DNA of 64,000 nt from an uncultured delta proteobacterium (GTDB lineage: Bacteria > Myxococcota > Myxococcia > SLRQ01). The notes under the pieces were generated by a model, which saw nothing but the letters and a program-made list of their open reading frames with translations, was not told where the DNA came from and searched no databases. How positions within the stretch are numbered: position 1 is the stretch's first letter; every line of letters starts with the position of its first letter. A program made the position numbers and the translations under genes. Shown in pieces: positions 21,540-31,727 of this stretch. The DNA lies in the NCBI GenBank assembly GCA_963727485.1, contig CAVSGM010000002.1, forward strand, positions 1,440,001-1,504,000, written 5' to 3'.

Positions 21540-22493
21540 TTACCCCAGCGCCAGCATCCGCTCCACGGGCACCAGGGCCTTCCGGGCGATCTCCGGCGCC
21601 ACGTCCACCTGGGGCTTGAGGTCCCGCAGGGCGTCCCGGATCTTCTCCAGGGTGTTCAGGCGCATGTAGGGGCACTCGTTGCAGGCGCAGGTCTCGTCGT
21701 CCGGGGGCGCGGCGATGTAGGTCTTCCCCGGCGCCTGCTTCTCCATCTGGTGGAGCACCCCGGGCTCGGTGGCGACGATGAACTCGGTGCCGGCGCTCTC
21801 CACCGCGTGCTTGATGATCTTGGTGGTGGAGCCGATGACGTCGGCGTGGCGGAGGATCGCCTCCTGGCACTCGGGGTGGGCCAGGACCTCGGCGTTGGGG
21901 TGCTCCTCCATGAGCGCGAGGATGCGCTTCTCGCTGAACACGTCGTGGACCACGCACACCCCCTGCCACAGGGTCATGTCGCGGCCGGTCTCGCGGATGA
22001 GCCACCTTCCCATGTTGGCGTCGGGGGCGAAGAGGATCGGCTTCTCCTTCGGGATCTGCTCGATGATGCGCAGGGCGTTGGACGAGGTGCAGATCCAGTC
22101 GGAGAGCGCCTTCACCTCGGCGGTGGTGTTGATGTAGCTGACCACCACGTGGTCGGGGTGCTCCTCGCGGAAGCGCCGGAAGGCGTCGGTGGGCGCCGAG
22201 TCGGCGAGCGAGCAGCCGGCGGCCAGATCGGGGACGATGACCGTCTTGTCCGGGTTCAGGATCTTCGCGGTCTCGGCCATGAAGTGGACGCCGGCGAAGA
22301 GGATGACGTCGGCGTCGGTCTTCTGGGCGGCCTGGGACAGGGCGAGCGAGTCGCCGATGACGTCGGCGAGGTCCTGGATGTCCGGGTCCTGGTAGAAGTG
22401 CGCCAGGATCACCGCGTTGCGCGCGCGCTTGAGCTCGTCGATCTCGTCGAAGAGGTCGCCGGACGGGGGATGCGGGTTCGTGAGCTCGGCCAT
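21540..22493 (-). CDS. nadA: Quinolinate synthase A
   Basis: 'ILAHFYQ', 'GDSLALS', 'GVHFMAE', 'AGCSLA', 'AHPEC' and 'CPYM'. Confidence 0.97.
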   Translation of the reverse strand: MAELTNPHPPSGDLFDEIDELKRARNAVILAHFYQDPDIQDLADVIGDSLALSQAAQKTDADVILFAGVHFMAETAKILNPDKTVIVPDLAAGCSLADSAPTDAFRRFREEHPDHVVVSYINTTAEVKALSDWICTSSNALRIIEQIPKEKPILFAPDANMGRWLIRETGRDMTLWQGVCVVHDVFSEKRILALMEEHPNAEVLAHPECQEAILRHADVIGSTTKIIKHAVESAGTEFIVATEPGVLHQMEKQAPGKTYIAAPPDDETCACNECPYMRLNTLEKIRDALRDLKPQVDVAPEIARKALVPVERMLALG

Positions 22494-22588
22494 GGTGCCT
22501 CCGGGCAGATGAGGTAACGCATCCGTCGCGTTTCTGCCACTCGGCCGGGCGGGCGATCCCTACCCGGCGCGACGCGGCCGGCGGTGCC

Positions 22589-23188
22589 TCAGAGACCGGC
22601 GTCCTTGAGCCACCGGCCGGTGACCCGCTGGATCGCCCGCTCCCGGCGCACCAGGGGCACCATCCCCGAGCAGGGTCCGGGCAGGGCGGCCTCGGGGCAG
22701 GTGGCGCAGGGCGAGCGGTCGGGGGGCCGGCGCCGGTAGGCGAGGACCACGGCGGCGATCACCGCGGCGCCCGCGAGGGCGAGGGCGAGGCCCGCGGCGA
22801 GGTGCCCGGTGACGCAGAGCCGGATCCCCGCGGCGGTGGCGAGCGCCAGGGCGGCGCCGGGGAGCGCCCGGGTGAGGAGCTTGGCAGCGCGCCGACGCCG
22901 GGTCCGCCTCGGCACCAGGAGCGACGCCCCGGCGAGGCCGGCCCCGATCCCCCCGGCGGCCACCGGCACCGTCAGCGGCAGCGCCACCGCGAGCCCCGCT
23001 GCCGCCCCCAGCGCCAGCCCGCTCCCCGCCATCAGGCACCCGAGGCACACCCGGCCCCGGCGGCCCACCCGGACCACCTCCGAGGCGTAGCGCCCGCACA
23101 GGGGGTGGTGGGCGTAGCGGTGGAAGCGGTGCCCCGCCCGGGCGAGGCGATCGATCCGTCGGGCGAGCGGTGGCGGGATCCGGGACAA
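22589..23188 (-). CDS. Hypothetical membrane protein with Cys/His motifs
   Basis: 'HHPLC', 'CLGC', 'CATC..C'; 4 TM segments; co-oriented with the ybjQ-like gene and nadA. Confidence 0.65.
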   Translation of the reverse strand: MSRIPPPLARRIDRLARAGHRFHRYAHHPLCGRYASEVVRVGRRGRVCLGCLMAGSGLALGAAAGLAVALPLTVPVAAGGIGAGLAGASLLVPRRTRRRRAAKLLTRALPGAALALATAAGIRLCVTGHLAAGLALALAGAAVIAAVVLAYRRRPPDRSPCATCPEAALPGPCSGMVPLVRRERAIQRVTGRWLKDAGL

Positions 23189-23204
23189 CGGGGCCGCCGA
23201 GCCG

Positions 23205-23579
23205 CTAGCCGGCGACCTGGCGCAGCTTCACCGCGGTGCCGTAGGCGACGATCTCGTTGGTGTTCTGCATCAGCTCGCTGGAGTCGAAGCGAAGCGAGAG
23301 CACCGCGTCGGCGCCCATGATCTTCGCGTTGCTCTCCAGCCGCTGCATGGCCTCGTTCCGGGAGACGTTGGCCAGGTGGGTAAACGCGGTGATCTCCCCG
23401 CCCACGAAGGTCTGGCACCCGGCGCAGGTGGTGCCCACCACGCTCCGGGAGCGCACGGTGATGCCCCACACCGGGCCGATGACCGACTCGATCTCGAAGC
23501 CCGGGGGCGGGTCGAAGGTGCACAAGAGGGGCATGGTGTGGTGCTGGATCTCCATGGTGCCGACCTCTACGCCCCCCAA
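23205..23579 (-). CDS. YbjQ/UPF0145 family protein
   Basis: 'VGGEITAFT...SRNEAMQRL...GADAVLSLRFD...EIVAYGTAVK'. Confidence 0.9.
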   Translation of the reverse strand: MGGVEVGTMEIQHHTMPLLCTFDPPPGFEIESVIGPVWGITVRSRSVVGTTCAGCQTFVGGEITAFTHLANVSRNEAMQRLESNAKIMGADAVLSLRFDSSELMQNTNEIVAYGTAVKLRQVAG

Positions 23580-23681
23580 TCGTCCCGGTCAACGGCCCCG
23601 GGGGGCCGCCTCGGGGATCCACCTGACGGCCTTGGTTCCTGGCGCCGACATGGCTACAATCGGACGCAACCGGTGCCGGTC

Positions 23682-25718
23682 ATGTCCCCCCCGACCCTCC
23701 TCATCGCCCTCGGCGTCGCCCTCGTCGCCGGGACGGCGGGCTACCTCCTCGCCGCCCGCGGCCAGCGCCGCCGGGGCCGGCCCGACGCGCCCCGGCGCCT
23801 CTTGCGCAGCCTGGTCCAGCGGCGGGTCCTCAAGGGCAAGCCCGGCTTCGTCCGCCTCTTCCCCGGGGGCTACGTCCACCTGATCCCCGAGGGGAAGGAC
23901 GTCGACCGCGCCATGCGCCCCGGCGAGGCCCTGGCCCAGCGCGAGGCCCACGGCGAGGCCCTGGTGCGCTTCAGCCTCGCCGACCTCCTCGACGCCGACC
24001 ACCCCGCCGCCGACGCCTTCGCCACCGCCGCCGGCCTCCCCGAGGGGAGCCTGCCGCCGGCGAGGGTGCTGTTCACCGCCGTCCCCCACCTGGTCCGCGG
24101 GCAGGTCGCCGCGGCCCTCGGCGCCGAGGGGGTGACCGTCGAGGCCGCCACCGACTTCGCCCCCACCCCCGACGACCCCTTCGGCACCGTCGCCGTGGCC
24201 AGCGGCCCCTACCGCCACGACCTCGCCGTCGCCGACCTGGTGGCCGAGTCGGTGGGCACCCTGACGCCCCTCAACCTCGTCGCCGGCGACCGCGCCCACC
24301 GGGCCCGGGCCGAGCTCGACCTCTACCAGGCCTTCCACCGCACCGTGGAGCAGGCCTTCCCCGAGGCGGCGGTGCGCATCGAGGGCAAGTGGCTCCACCT
24401 CCAGCTCCCCGGCGAGGACGACCGGCGCCTCGACTACCGGCGCCTGGCGACGAGGGTCCCCGGCGGCCGCCCCGGGTGGGAGGCGTGGCTCTCGCGGATC
24501 GAGGCGCCGCTCGAGGTCGAGGAGCCCGGGCTCCCCGAGGGCACCTGGGTGGCCCGCAAGCTCGTCCCCCTCGACGCCCTCGGCGACCCGGAGCGCGTCG
24601 CCGTGGACCGCGGGGGCTACGCCGAGGTCTTCAGCCTCGACACCGAGACCCGCACCGCCTCCCTGCCGCCGGACCACCCCCTGGCGCAGGCCAACGACCT
24701 CGAGGGCCTCGGCCGCCTCGCCGACCAGGCCCTCGAGCGCAGCACCTTCGCCGGCCACGTGGTGGTCACCGGCGAGGGTGACGAGCCCAGGAGCTTCATG
24801 GTGGTGGGCACCCACGCGGCGTCCATCGCCCAGAGCCCCGAGCTCCTCGCCGGCGCCGCCCGGGCCGCCGGCCACGTGTTCCGCCCCGGCGAGCGGGTGC
24901 GGGTGCGGGTGGAGCGCGAGGCGGTGCTGGTGGTCGCCGAGCCCACCGTCCCCGAGACCTTCCTCACCGCCTGCCGCCGCGCCGCCGCCCGCCTCGCCGA
25001 GGCCACCGACGTGGCGCTGGGGGGCCCGGTCCACCTCGACCTCACCGCGCCCCTGGGCGAGAAGGCCGTGGGCCACTTCGCCTTCGTGCCCCTCGACGAC
25101 GCCTTCTTCCGCGCCGCCCTCCAGGAGCGCGCCGCCCGCACCCGGGGCGACCACGCTGCCGCCGCCGAGGCGAGGGGCCTGATGCGCCTCGCCCTCGGCG
25201 ACCCGGAGGGCGCCCGGGTCCACCTCACCGAGGCCGCGCGCCTCCACCCCGACGACGCCGAGCTCCACCTCGCCCTGGGGACCCTGCTCAACGACCTCGG
25301 GGACCACGGCGCCGCCACCGAGGTCCTCCGGGTCGCCGCCCGCCTCGACCCGGACAGCGCCGCGGTGAACAACAACCTCGGCGTCGCCTGGCAGGGGCTG
25401 GGGCGCGTCGACGAGGCGCTGCTGTGCTTCGAGAAGGCGGCGGCGGAGAAGCCCCGGGACGCGTTGGTGCAGGTGAACCTCGGGCGGGTCCACTTCGACG
25501 CCGGAAGGGTGCGCCGGGCGGAGCGCTACTTCCGCCGGGCCCTCGATCGCGCCCCCCGGTCGGTGCCGGCGCTCACCGGCCTGGTGCTGGTGGCGGTGCG
25601 CGACGGCGACCTCGAGACCGCCCGCCAGCGCCTCGCCGAGGCCATGGGCGTCGATCCCACCGACGAGGCGCTCCTGCGGCTCCACCGGGCGCTGCACCCG
25701 GACGAGCCGCTGCACTAG
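23682..25718 (+). CDS. Membrane-anchored tetratricopeptide-repeat protein
   Basis: N-terminal TM; C-terminal TPRs ('NNLGVAW', 'VNLGRVH'); extended -10-like TGGCTACAAT upstream. Confidence 0.8.
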   Translation: MSPPTLLIALGVALVAGTAGYLLAARGQRRRGRPDAPRRLLRSLVQRRVLKGKPGFVRLFPGGYVHLIPEGKDVDRAMRPGEALAQREAHGEALVRFSLADLLDADHPAADAFATAAGLPEGSLPPARVLFTAVPHLVRGQVAAALGAEGVTVEAATDFAPTPDDPFGTVAVASGPYRHDLAVADLVAESVGTLTPLNLVAGDRAHRARAELDLYQAFHRTVEQAFPEAAVRIEGKWLHLQLPGEDDRRLDYRRLATRVPGGRPGWEAWLSRIEAPLEVEEPGLPEGTWVARKLVPLDALGDPERVAVDRGGYAEVFSLDTETRTASLPPDHPLAQANDLEGLGRLADQALERSTFAGHVVVTGEGDEPRSFMVVGTHAASIAQSPELLAGAARAAGHVFRPGERVRVRVEREAVLVVAEPTVPETFLTACRRAAARLAEATDVALGGPVHLDLTAPLGEKAVGHFAFVPLDDAFFRAALQERAARTRGDHAAAAEARGLMRLALGDPEGARVHLTEAARLHPDDAELHLALGTLLNDLGDHGAATEVLRVAARLDPDSAAVNNNLGVAWQGLGRVDEALLCFEKAAAEKPRDALVQVNLGRVHFDAGRVRRAERYFRRALDRAPRSVPALTGLVLVAVRDGDLETARQRLAEAMGVDPTDEALLRLHRALHPDEPLH

Positions 25719-25721
25719 CGA

Positions 25722-26495
25722 CTAGCGCGGGTCGACGGCGTCGGGATTGGAGAGGACCCAGGGGCCCTTCTCGGTGATCGCCACCGAGTGCTCGAAGTGG
25801 GCCGAGAGCTTCCCGTCGGCGGTGACCACCGTCCACCCGTCCTCGAGGACCTTCGTCTCGTGGGTGCCGGCGTTGATCATCGGCTCGATGGCGATGACCA
25901 GCCCGGGCTTGAGGCGAAGCGCCTGCTCCCGGTCGGCGCTGCGGTAGTTGGGGACCTGGGGCCGCTCGTGCATCGCCCGGCCGATGCCGTGGCCCACGTA
26001 GTCGCGGACGATGCCGTAGCCCGCCGGCGCCGCCACGTCCTCCACCGCCCCGGAGACGTCGCGCAGGCGGCCTCCGGCGACGCAGGCGGCGAGCCCGGCC
26101 TCCAGGGACCGCTTGGTGACCGCCATCAGCTCCAGGGCCGCGTCGCTCACCTTGCCGATGGCCAGGGTGCGCGCCGAGTCGCCCACGTAGCCGTCGACCA
26201 CCGCGCCGAAGTCGCAGGAGACGATGTCGCCCTCCTGGAGGACCTCGTCGGCGCGGGGGATCCCGTGGACCACCCGGTCGTTGACCGAGGTGCACAGGAC
26301 CTTGGGGTAGCCGTGGTAGCCGAGGAAGGCGCTGCCGGCGCCCCGCTGGTCGAGGATGTCCGCGGCGACCTGGTCGAGGTCGGCGGTGGTCATCCCCGGG
26401 GCGGCGACCTCGGCGAGGCGGAGGAGCACCTCGGCGACCACCGCGTTCGCCCGGCGCATGATGTTGATCTCGTCGTTGGACTTCAGCTGGATCAT
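25722..26495 (-). CDS. map: Methionine aminopeptidase type I
   Basis: 'CTSVNDRVVHGIP', 'GHGIGRAMHE', 'IEPMINAG' and 'SAHFEHSV'. Confidence 0.97.
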   Translation of the reverse strand: MIQLKSNDEINIMRRANAVVAEVLLRLAEVAAPGMTTADLDQVAADILDQRGAGSAFLGYHGYPKVLCTSVNDRVVHGIPRADEVLQEGDIVSCDFGAVVDGYVGDSARTLAIGKVSDAALELMAVTKRSLEAGLAACVAGGRLRDVSGAVEDVAAPAGYGIVRDYVGHGIGRAMHERPQVPNYRSADREQALRLKPGLVIAIEPMINAGTHETKVLEDGWTVVTADGKLSAHFEHSVAITEKGPWVLSNPDAVDPR

Positions 26496-26581
26496 CGTCG
26501 GTACCACTTAGCCCCGGTGGCCGCGTATTGCCAGGGCCGTGACACCGGCGCGGCGATGGCTAGCTTGCCCGTGGGGAGGTC

Positions 26582-28153
26582 ATGCGCACCACGCCCACCC
26601 TCGAGGGACGCGCCGTGGACCGGGTGGTGGAGACCCACGTCTCCTGGCTCTTCTTCACCCGCGACACGGTGATCAAGCTGAAGAAGCCGGTGAAGCTCGG
26701 CTTCCTCGACTTCACCGAGCCCGCCGTCCGGCGCCGGGCCTGCGAGGACGAGGTGCGCCTCAACCGCCGCCTCGCCCCGGGCGTCTACCGGGGGGTCCGC
26801 GACGTGGTCCGGGACGGGGACACGGTGCGCCTGCTGGGCCCCTGCCCCGGGGCGGAGGCGTGCACCGCCACCGACCACGCGGTGGAGATGGTGCGGCTGC
26901 CCGACGCCGACTGCCTGGCCACCCGCCTCGCCCGCGGGGACTTCCCCCCGGCGCTCCTCCGCCGCCTCGCCCGGCGCCTCGCCCGCTTCCACGCCGAGTG
27001 CCCCACCGGCGCCGGGATCGATCGCCACGGCGCGCCCCGGGCGGTGGCGTCGCTCGTCACCGAGAACCTCGACCAGCTCGCGCCCTTCGTGGACACCCGC
27101 CTGCCCCGGACCCTCTTCGAGGCGGCCCGCTCGGCCCAGACCGGCTTCCTCGCCGAGCACGCCGACCGCCTGGTGGCGAGGGTCCGGGGCGGGCACATCC
27201 GCGACGGCCACGGGGACATGCACCTGGAGCACTTCTTCCTCCACGGGGACCCCGAGCAGATCGTCGCCATCGACTGCATCGAGTTCTCCGACCGCTACCG
27301 CATCGGCGACACGGCGAGCGACGTGGCCTTCCTCGCCATGAGCTTCGACCTCGCCGGCCGCGACGACCTCGCCGAGCAGCTCGTCGCCGAGTACGCGGTG
27401 GAGGCGCAGGACCCGGACCTCTACCGGGTGGTGGACTTCTACCGCCTCTACCGGGCCCTGGTGCGCCTCAAGGTGGCCTGCCTCTCCGGCGACCCCGGCG
27501 AGGTCGACCGCCACGTGGCCCTGGTGCGCCGGCTGCTGGCGCCGCGGCCGCGGCCGCCGTTCCTCCTGGCCACCACCGGCCTGGTGGCCACCGGCAAGAG
27601 CGCCGTCGCCGAGGCGATCGCCGGGGTCACCAACGGGGTGTGGCTCGGGAGCGACCGGGTGCGCAAGGCGCGCCTGGGCCTCGCCCCCACCGAGAGCGCC
27701 GTGACCCGCATGGGCCAGGGCGCCTACACCGCCGAGCTCAAGGACGCGGTCTACGACGACCTGGTGCGCTTCGCCGCCGCGGTCCTCGACTCGGGGCGCC
27801 CGGCGATCCTCGACGCCACCTACCCCACGCCGGCGCGGCGGGCGAAGGTCAGCCACCTCGCACGGGACCACGGGGTGCCCCTGGTGTGGCTCCACCTGGA
27901 GGCGCCGCGGGCGGTGATCCGGGCGCGGCTCGAGGCCCGGGAGGGGCGCACCGACCTGGTGAGCGACGCGCGGGTCGAGCACTTCGACGCCCTGGTCGAG
28001 GGCTACCTGCCCCCGGACGAGGTGCCCCGGGGGACCCGGCTCACCCTCTCCACCGAGACGGCGGGCCTGGAGGCGACGGTGGAGGCGGTGCTGGCGCGGC
28101 TGCCGTCGGCTAGTCCGCGTCCTTCCCGGTCGCCTTCGCCTCGGCCTCGGTGA
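26582..28153 (+). CDS. Bifunctional aminoglycoside-phosphotransferase-like / AAA_33 P-loop kinase
   Basis: 'ETHVSW', 'GHGDMHLEH', 'IDCIEF', Walker A 'GLVATGKS' and 'SDA'; true stop may be the TAG at ~28111. Confidence 0.88.
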   Translation: MRTTPTLEGRAVDRVVETHVSWLFFTRDTVIKLKKPVKLGFLDFTEPAVRRRACEDEVRLNRRLAPGVYRGVRDVVRDGDTVRLLGPCPGAEACTATDHAVEMVRLPDADCLATRLARGDFPPALLRRLARRLARFHAECPTGAGIDRHGAPRAVASLVTENLDQLAPFVDTRLPRTLFEAARSAQTGFLAEHADRLVARVRGGHIRDGHGDMHLEHFFLHGDPEQIVAIDCIEFSDRYRIGDTASDVAFLAMSFDLAGRDDLAEQLVAEYAVEAQDPDLYRVVDFYRLYRALVRLKVACLSGDPGEVDRHVALVRRLLAPRPRPPFLLATTGLVATGKSAVAEAIAGVTNGVWLGSDRVRKARLGLAPTESAVTRMGQGAYTAELKDAVYDDLVRFAAAVLDSGRPAILDATYPTPARRAKVSHLARDHGVPLVWLHLEAPRAVIRARLEAREGRTDLVSDARVEHFDALVEGYLPPDEVPRGTRLTLSTETAGLEATVEAVLARLPSASPRPSRSPSPRPR

Positions 28154-28427
28154 TCGTCCCCTCGCTCCACAGGTAGGTCTTCAGCTCGTGGTCGAGGCGG
28201 GGGAGCCGGCGGCGCAGCCACTCGAGGAGCATCGAGGCGTGCTCGATCTCCTCGTCTCGGTTGTGCTCGAGGACGGCACGGAGCTCGGGGTCTTCGGTGA
28301 CCGCGGCGCGCTGGTTGTACCAGTCGACCGCCTCGAACTCCTCCATCAGGGAGCGGATGCCCCGGTGGAGGGCGCGGGTGGACTCGGACAGCTTCTCGAA
28401 GGGCTCGTGGTAGGTATCGGATGCCAT
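28110..28427 (-). CDS. Encapsulin-associated-type ferritin-like protein
   Basis: 'SLMEEFEAVDWYNQR' and 'HNRDEEIEHASMLLEWLRR'. Confidence 0.92.
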   Translation of the reverse strand: MASDTYHEPFEKLSESTRALHRGIRSLMEEFEAVDWYNQRAAVTEDPELRAVLEHNRDEEIEHASMLLEWLRRRLPRLDHELKTYLWSEGTITEAEAKATGKDAD

Positions 28428-28508
28428 GGGGTCGGCAATCTAGGTGGCGGGGGCGCCGGCGGCAACCGGCCCCGGCGGCGGGCAGTGGGGCACGGGACCT
28501 TCCCCAGG

Positions 28509-29420
28509 TCAGGGATCCGGGGGGGACGAGGCGGGGGGCGACCCGGCGGAGGCCGCCGCCCGGGCCTCTCTGTGCTTCCGCATCCGCCGGGCGCCCAGGA
28601 ACATCAGGAGCAGGCCGATGGGCAGCTCCACGAAGAAGGTCTTCGGCTTGACCGAGTCGGCCAGGCCGACGAGGTCCAGGGCCCGCTCCGGCAGGCTCTC
28701 CTGGTGCCAGATGAGCTGCCGCAGGAGGTGATTGATCCGGCGGCCGAGGGCGCCGGTGAAGGCGAGCTGCCGCTGCGCGGTCTCCACGTCTCCATGGTTC
28801 AGCGCGTCCCGGGCGACGTAGTAGGCGACATCGGGGTAGTGGGGGCCCAGCTTCGCCAGCGGCCCCACCGCCTGGTGGAGCAGCGTCCGGTCCCCGAGCT
28901 CCTCGCCCACGAAGGCCGCGGCGTCCAGCCCGAAGTACCGGTCGGGACCCTGGGCCACCAGCAGCTCGTGGGCGAGGCCGATGGCCCGGTTGCGATCGTC
29001 GACGGTCATCGGGCGGCCGGCGATCCGGCGGGCGAGGATCGAGGCGAGGGCGGCCTTGTTGGAGGGGTTCGGCGCCACTCGCACGGCCCGCTCGCAGTTG
29101 CGCCGGGCCAGGTCCACGTAGCCGAGCTCGAAGCCGTAGCTGCAGCTCCGGCGCAGGGCCGGGGCGAAGTCCGGCAGCCGCTCGACCACCGCCTGGTAGC
29201 GCTGGAAGGCCTGACGGTCGAGGTGGGTGCGTCCGGCGGCGATGGCCGCGCGGAAGTCCGTGGCCGCCGCCGGGTCCAGCTGATCGAGGTCCCTCAGGTA
29301 GCCGGCGTCGAGCCGGGCCACGAAGGCCGCGCGGTCGAAGTCGGCCCGCGCCGGGCGCGCCGGAGCGGCGAGGACCACGAGGCAGGCGGCGGCGAGGGCG
29401 GCGGGCAGGCGGCGGTGCAT
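28509..29420 (-). CDS. Exported TPR-like hypothetical protein with a C-terminal TM
   Basis: Signal peptide, helical repeats, C-terminal hydrophobic stretch followed by basic residues. Confidence 0.65.
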   Translation of the reverse strand: MHRRLPAALAAACLVVLAAPARPARADFDRAAFVARLDAGYLRDLDQLDPAAATDFRAAIAAGRTHLDRQAFQRYQAVVERLPDFAPALRRSCSYGFELGYVDLARRNCERAVRVAPNPSNKAALASILARRIAGRPMTVDDRNRAIGLAHELLVAQGPDRYFGLDAAAFVGEELGDRTLLHQAVGPLAKLGPHYPDVAYYVARDALNHGDVETAQRQLAFTGALGRRINHLLRQLIWHQESLPERALDLVGLADSVKPKTFFVELPIGLLLMFLGARRMRKHREARAAASAGSPPASSPPDP

Positions 29421-29495
29421 GGGGGCTCCCCGAACGAGGTCCACCATGAAAGCATGTAGAGCCTCTCCCTGGCGAGCCCCCAGCCGCGCTGGGCG

Positions 29496-29903
29496 CTACC
29501 CGCGCAGCAGCCGCCGGAGGCTCGCCAGGGCCAGCAGCCCCAGCCCCCCGACCACCGCGATCCGCGCCGTGGTCGCCGCCGGGTCGCGGATGCGGCGGAA
29601 CCGCGACCGCCCGTCCCGGATCTCGATGTAGCCCAGCGGCGCGGCCTGGACCCCGGCGCCGCCGCCGGTGCCCACCTCCTCGGAGGCGGCCTCCTGGGCG
29701 CCCCGGGCCCCGGGGGTCCGCCGCCCGCTGCCGCCGCCGTAGCCGTAGCGGACCTTGGCCACCGGGACCACGGTGATGCCCTCGCGGATCACCGGCTCCC
29801 CGTAGACCACGCTCGCCCGCGCGGTGGCGCCGATGGTCTCCCCGAGCCTGGGCAGCAGCTCGGCGCCGTCCTTCCGGACGTCCTGCAGGATCGTCTCGCT
29901 CAT
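29496..29903 (-). CDS. GerW/YtfJ family protein
   Basis: 'VYGEPVIREGITVVPVAKVRYGYGGGSG...GGGAGVQAAPLGYIEI'. Confidence 0.85.
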   Translation of the reverse strand: MSETILQDVRKDGAELLPRLGETIGATARASVVYGEPVIREGITVVPVAKVRYGYGGGSGRRTPGARGAQEAASEEVGTGGGAGVQAAPLGYIEIRDGRSRFRRIRDPAATTARIAVVGGLGLLALASLRRLLRG

Positions 29904-30043
29904 CCGTGCCTCCCCCGGCCCTCGGGGCCGTTGGGGGGACGCTACGGTCGCGCCGGGGGGCGGGCAACGGGGGGTTCCGGGGGCCAACGGGCCCCGGTGG
30001 GCCGCAGACGGATCGAAGCGGCGACCTCGTGTATCCTGCGCCG

Positions 30044-31727
30044 GTGAGGCGACCCGGCACCCGCTCCCGGCCCCCTGCGTGGCGCGCCGGGCCCGTCCTG
30101 GCCCTCGCCGCCGCCCTGGCCCTCGGCGGCTGCGTGCCCCTCGGGTGGTACGCGGGCGGCCTGGTCGTCCTCCCCTGGCGCCTCGTCGCCGGGGTGCTCC
30201 TCGCCGAGCTGGTCCTCCTCCGCCGGGTGCGGCGCCTGCCCGGGCGCCGGGTCCTCGAGGCCGCCGGGCTCCTCGCCGCTGCCACCGCCGCCACCTTCGC
30301 CCTCCGGTGGGCCCTGGCGCCGGCGGCCTTCTTCCACCAGAACGGCCAGGGACCGTACTGGGCCAGCTTCGCCCTGTGCCGGGTCCACTCGTCCTACGGC
30401 CCGGGGTACGCCGAGGTGTTCGGCTGGGTGCCCGCGGCCCTGGGCGCCTCGCCGGAGCGGGCCCTCTTCCTGGCCCAGGCCCTCGCCGCGGCGACCCTCC
30501 CGGCCTCCGCCTGGGTCCTCCTCCGGGCGCTGCGGGTGCGGCCGCCGTTGGCCTGGCTCGCCTTCGCCGCCCTCGCCGCGGCCCCGGCCCTGGCCCGGGT
30601 GGGCCAGAGCGAGTCGTACTACGCCATCTGCGCCGTCCTCCTCTTCGCCGCCGCCGCGGTCCTGGCGGTGGGCGCCTCGGGCCGGCGGCGCCTGGACCTG
30701 TGGCTCGGGATCGCCGCCGCCGGGCTCCTGGTGGCCCAGGCGGCCCGGGTCCACCCGGTGTGCTGGATGGCGGCGTCGGTGCTCCCCGCCGTCCTCGCCC
30801 TGGGCCGGGGCCCCTGGCGCCGGCGCCTCGCCCGGGGGGCCCTCGCGGGGGTCGGCATCGGGGCGGTGGTGGCGGTGACCACCGGGCCCGCCCTCCTCGC
30901 GGTGGTCACCGGCGAGCTGGGACGCCACTGGCTGCGCCCGGGGGTGGCACCCGGACGGTTCTCCGCGGGCCGGTGGGCCGGGGCGTGGCTCGAGGTCCCG
31001 TGGATGCTGCCGCTGGTGGGGGCGATTGTCCTGGTTGGGGGCCGGACTCGCGGCGTGCTCCGGGCCGGCGTCCTGGTGGCGGTGATCGAGGTGATGACCA
31101 TGGTCGATCTCCATCGGACCGGTCATCCCCCCGGTGGCGGCGGCCCACCTGGCCCTGTGGCTCCCGGTGCCCCTGGCGGTCGTGGCGGTGACCCTCTCGG
31201 ACCTGGTCCGCCGGCCCCTCCCCACCGCCGCCCTGGTCGCCTCCCTGGGAGTGGCGATCGCCGTGGCCGACCTGGCGCGGGCACCGGTGATGCTCCGGCT
31301 GCCCACCGACGTCCTCGAGGCCCGGGCCGTCGCCGCCTGGCGGGCGACCCTGCCCCCCGACGCCCGGGTGATCTACCTCGCCGACGCGCCGAGACGGGTG
31401 GTGAGCCTGCCCGTCTACGATTGCGGTGCCGGCGGTCCGCGGCCCCTGGAGGTCAAGCCCGGCGACCCCCTGGCGCCCTCGTTGGCCGTCCCCGCCCACG
31501 GCTTCTACGTGCGGGACTCCCTCTGCGACACCCCCGAGGGCCGCCGGCCCTGCCAGCGCCTCGAGGCCACCATCCGCGCCGCCGGCGGCCGCCTGGTCCC
31601 CGAGCGCACCCTGCGCCTCCCGGCCCGCGAGAGCATGATCGGATTGGGGTACCCTTCCCGGACCGTGTCCGTCACCTTCTTCCAGATCCGCCCGCGCGCC
31701 GCGCCGGCCCCAGGTGCCCAAAAATGA
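30044..31727 (+). CDS. Multi-pass membrane protein, possibly GT-C glycosyltransferase-like (frameshift near 31110)
   Basis: About 11 TM segments; 'HQNGQG' and 'SESY'; soluble C-terminal domain; stop overlaps the next ATG (ATGA). Confidence 0.6.
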
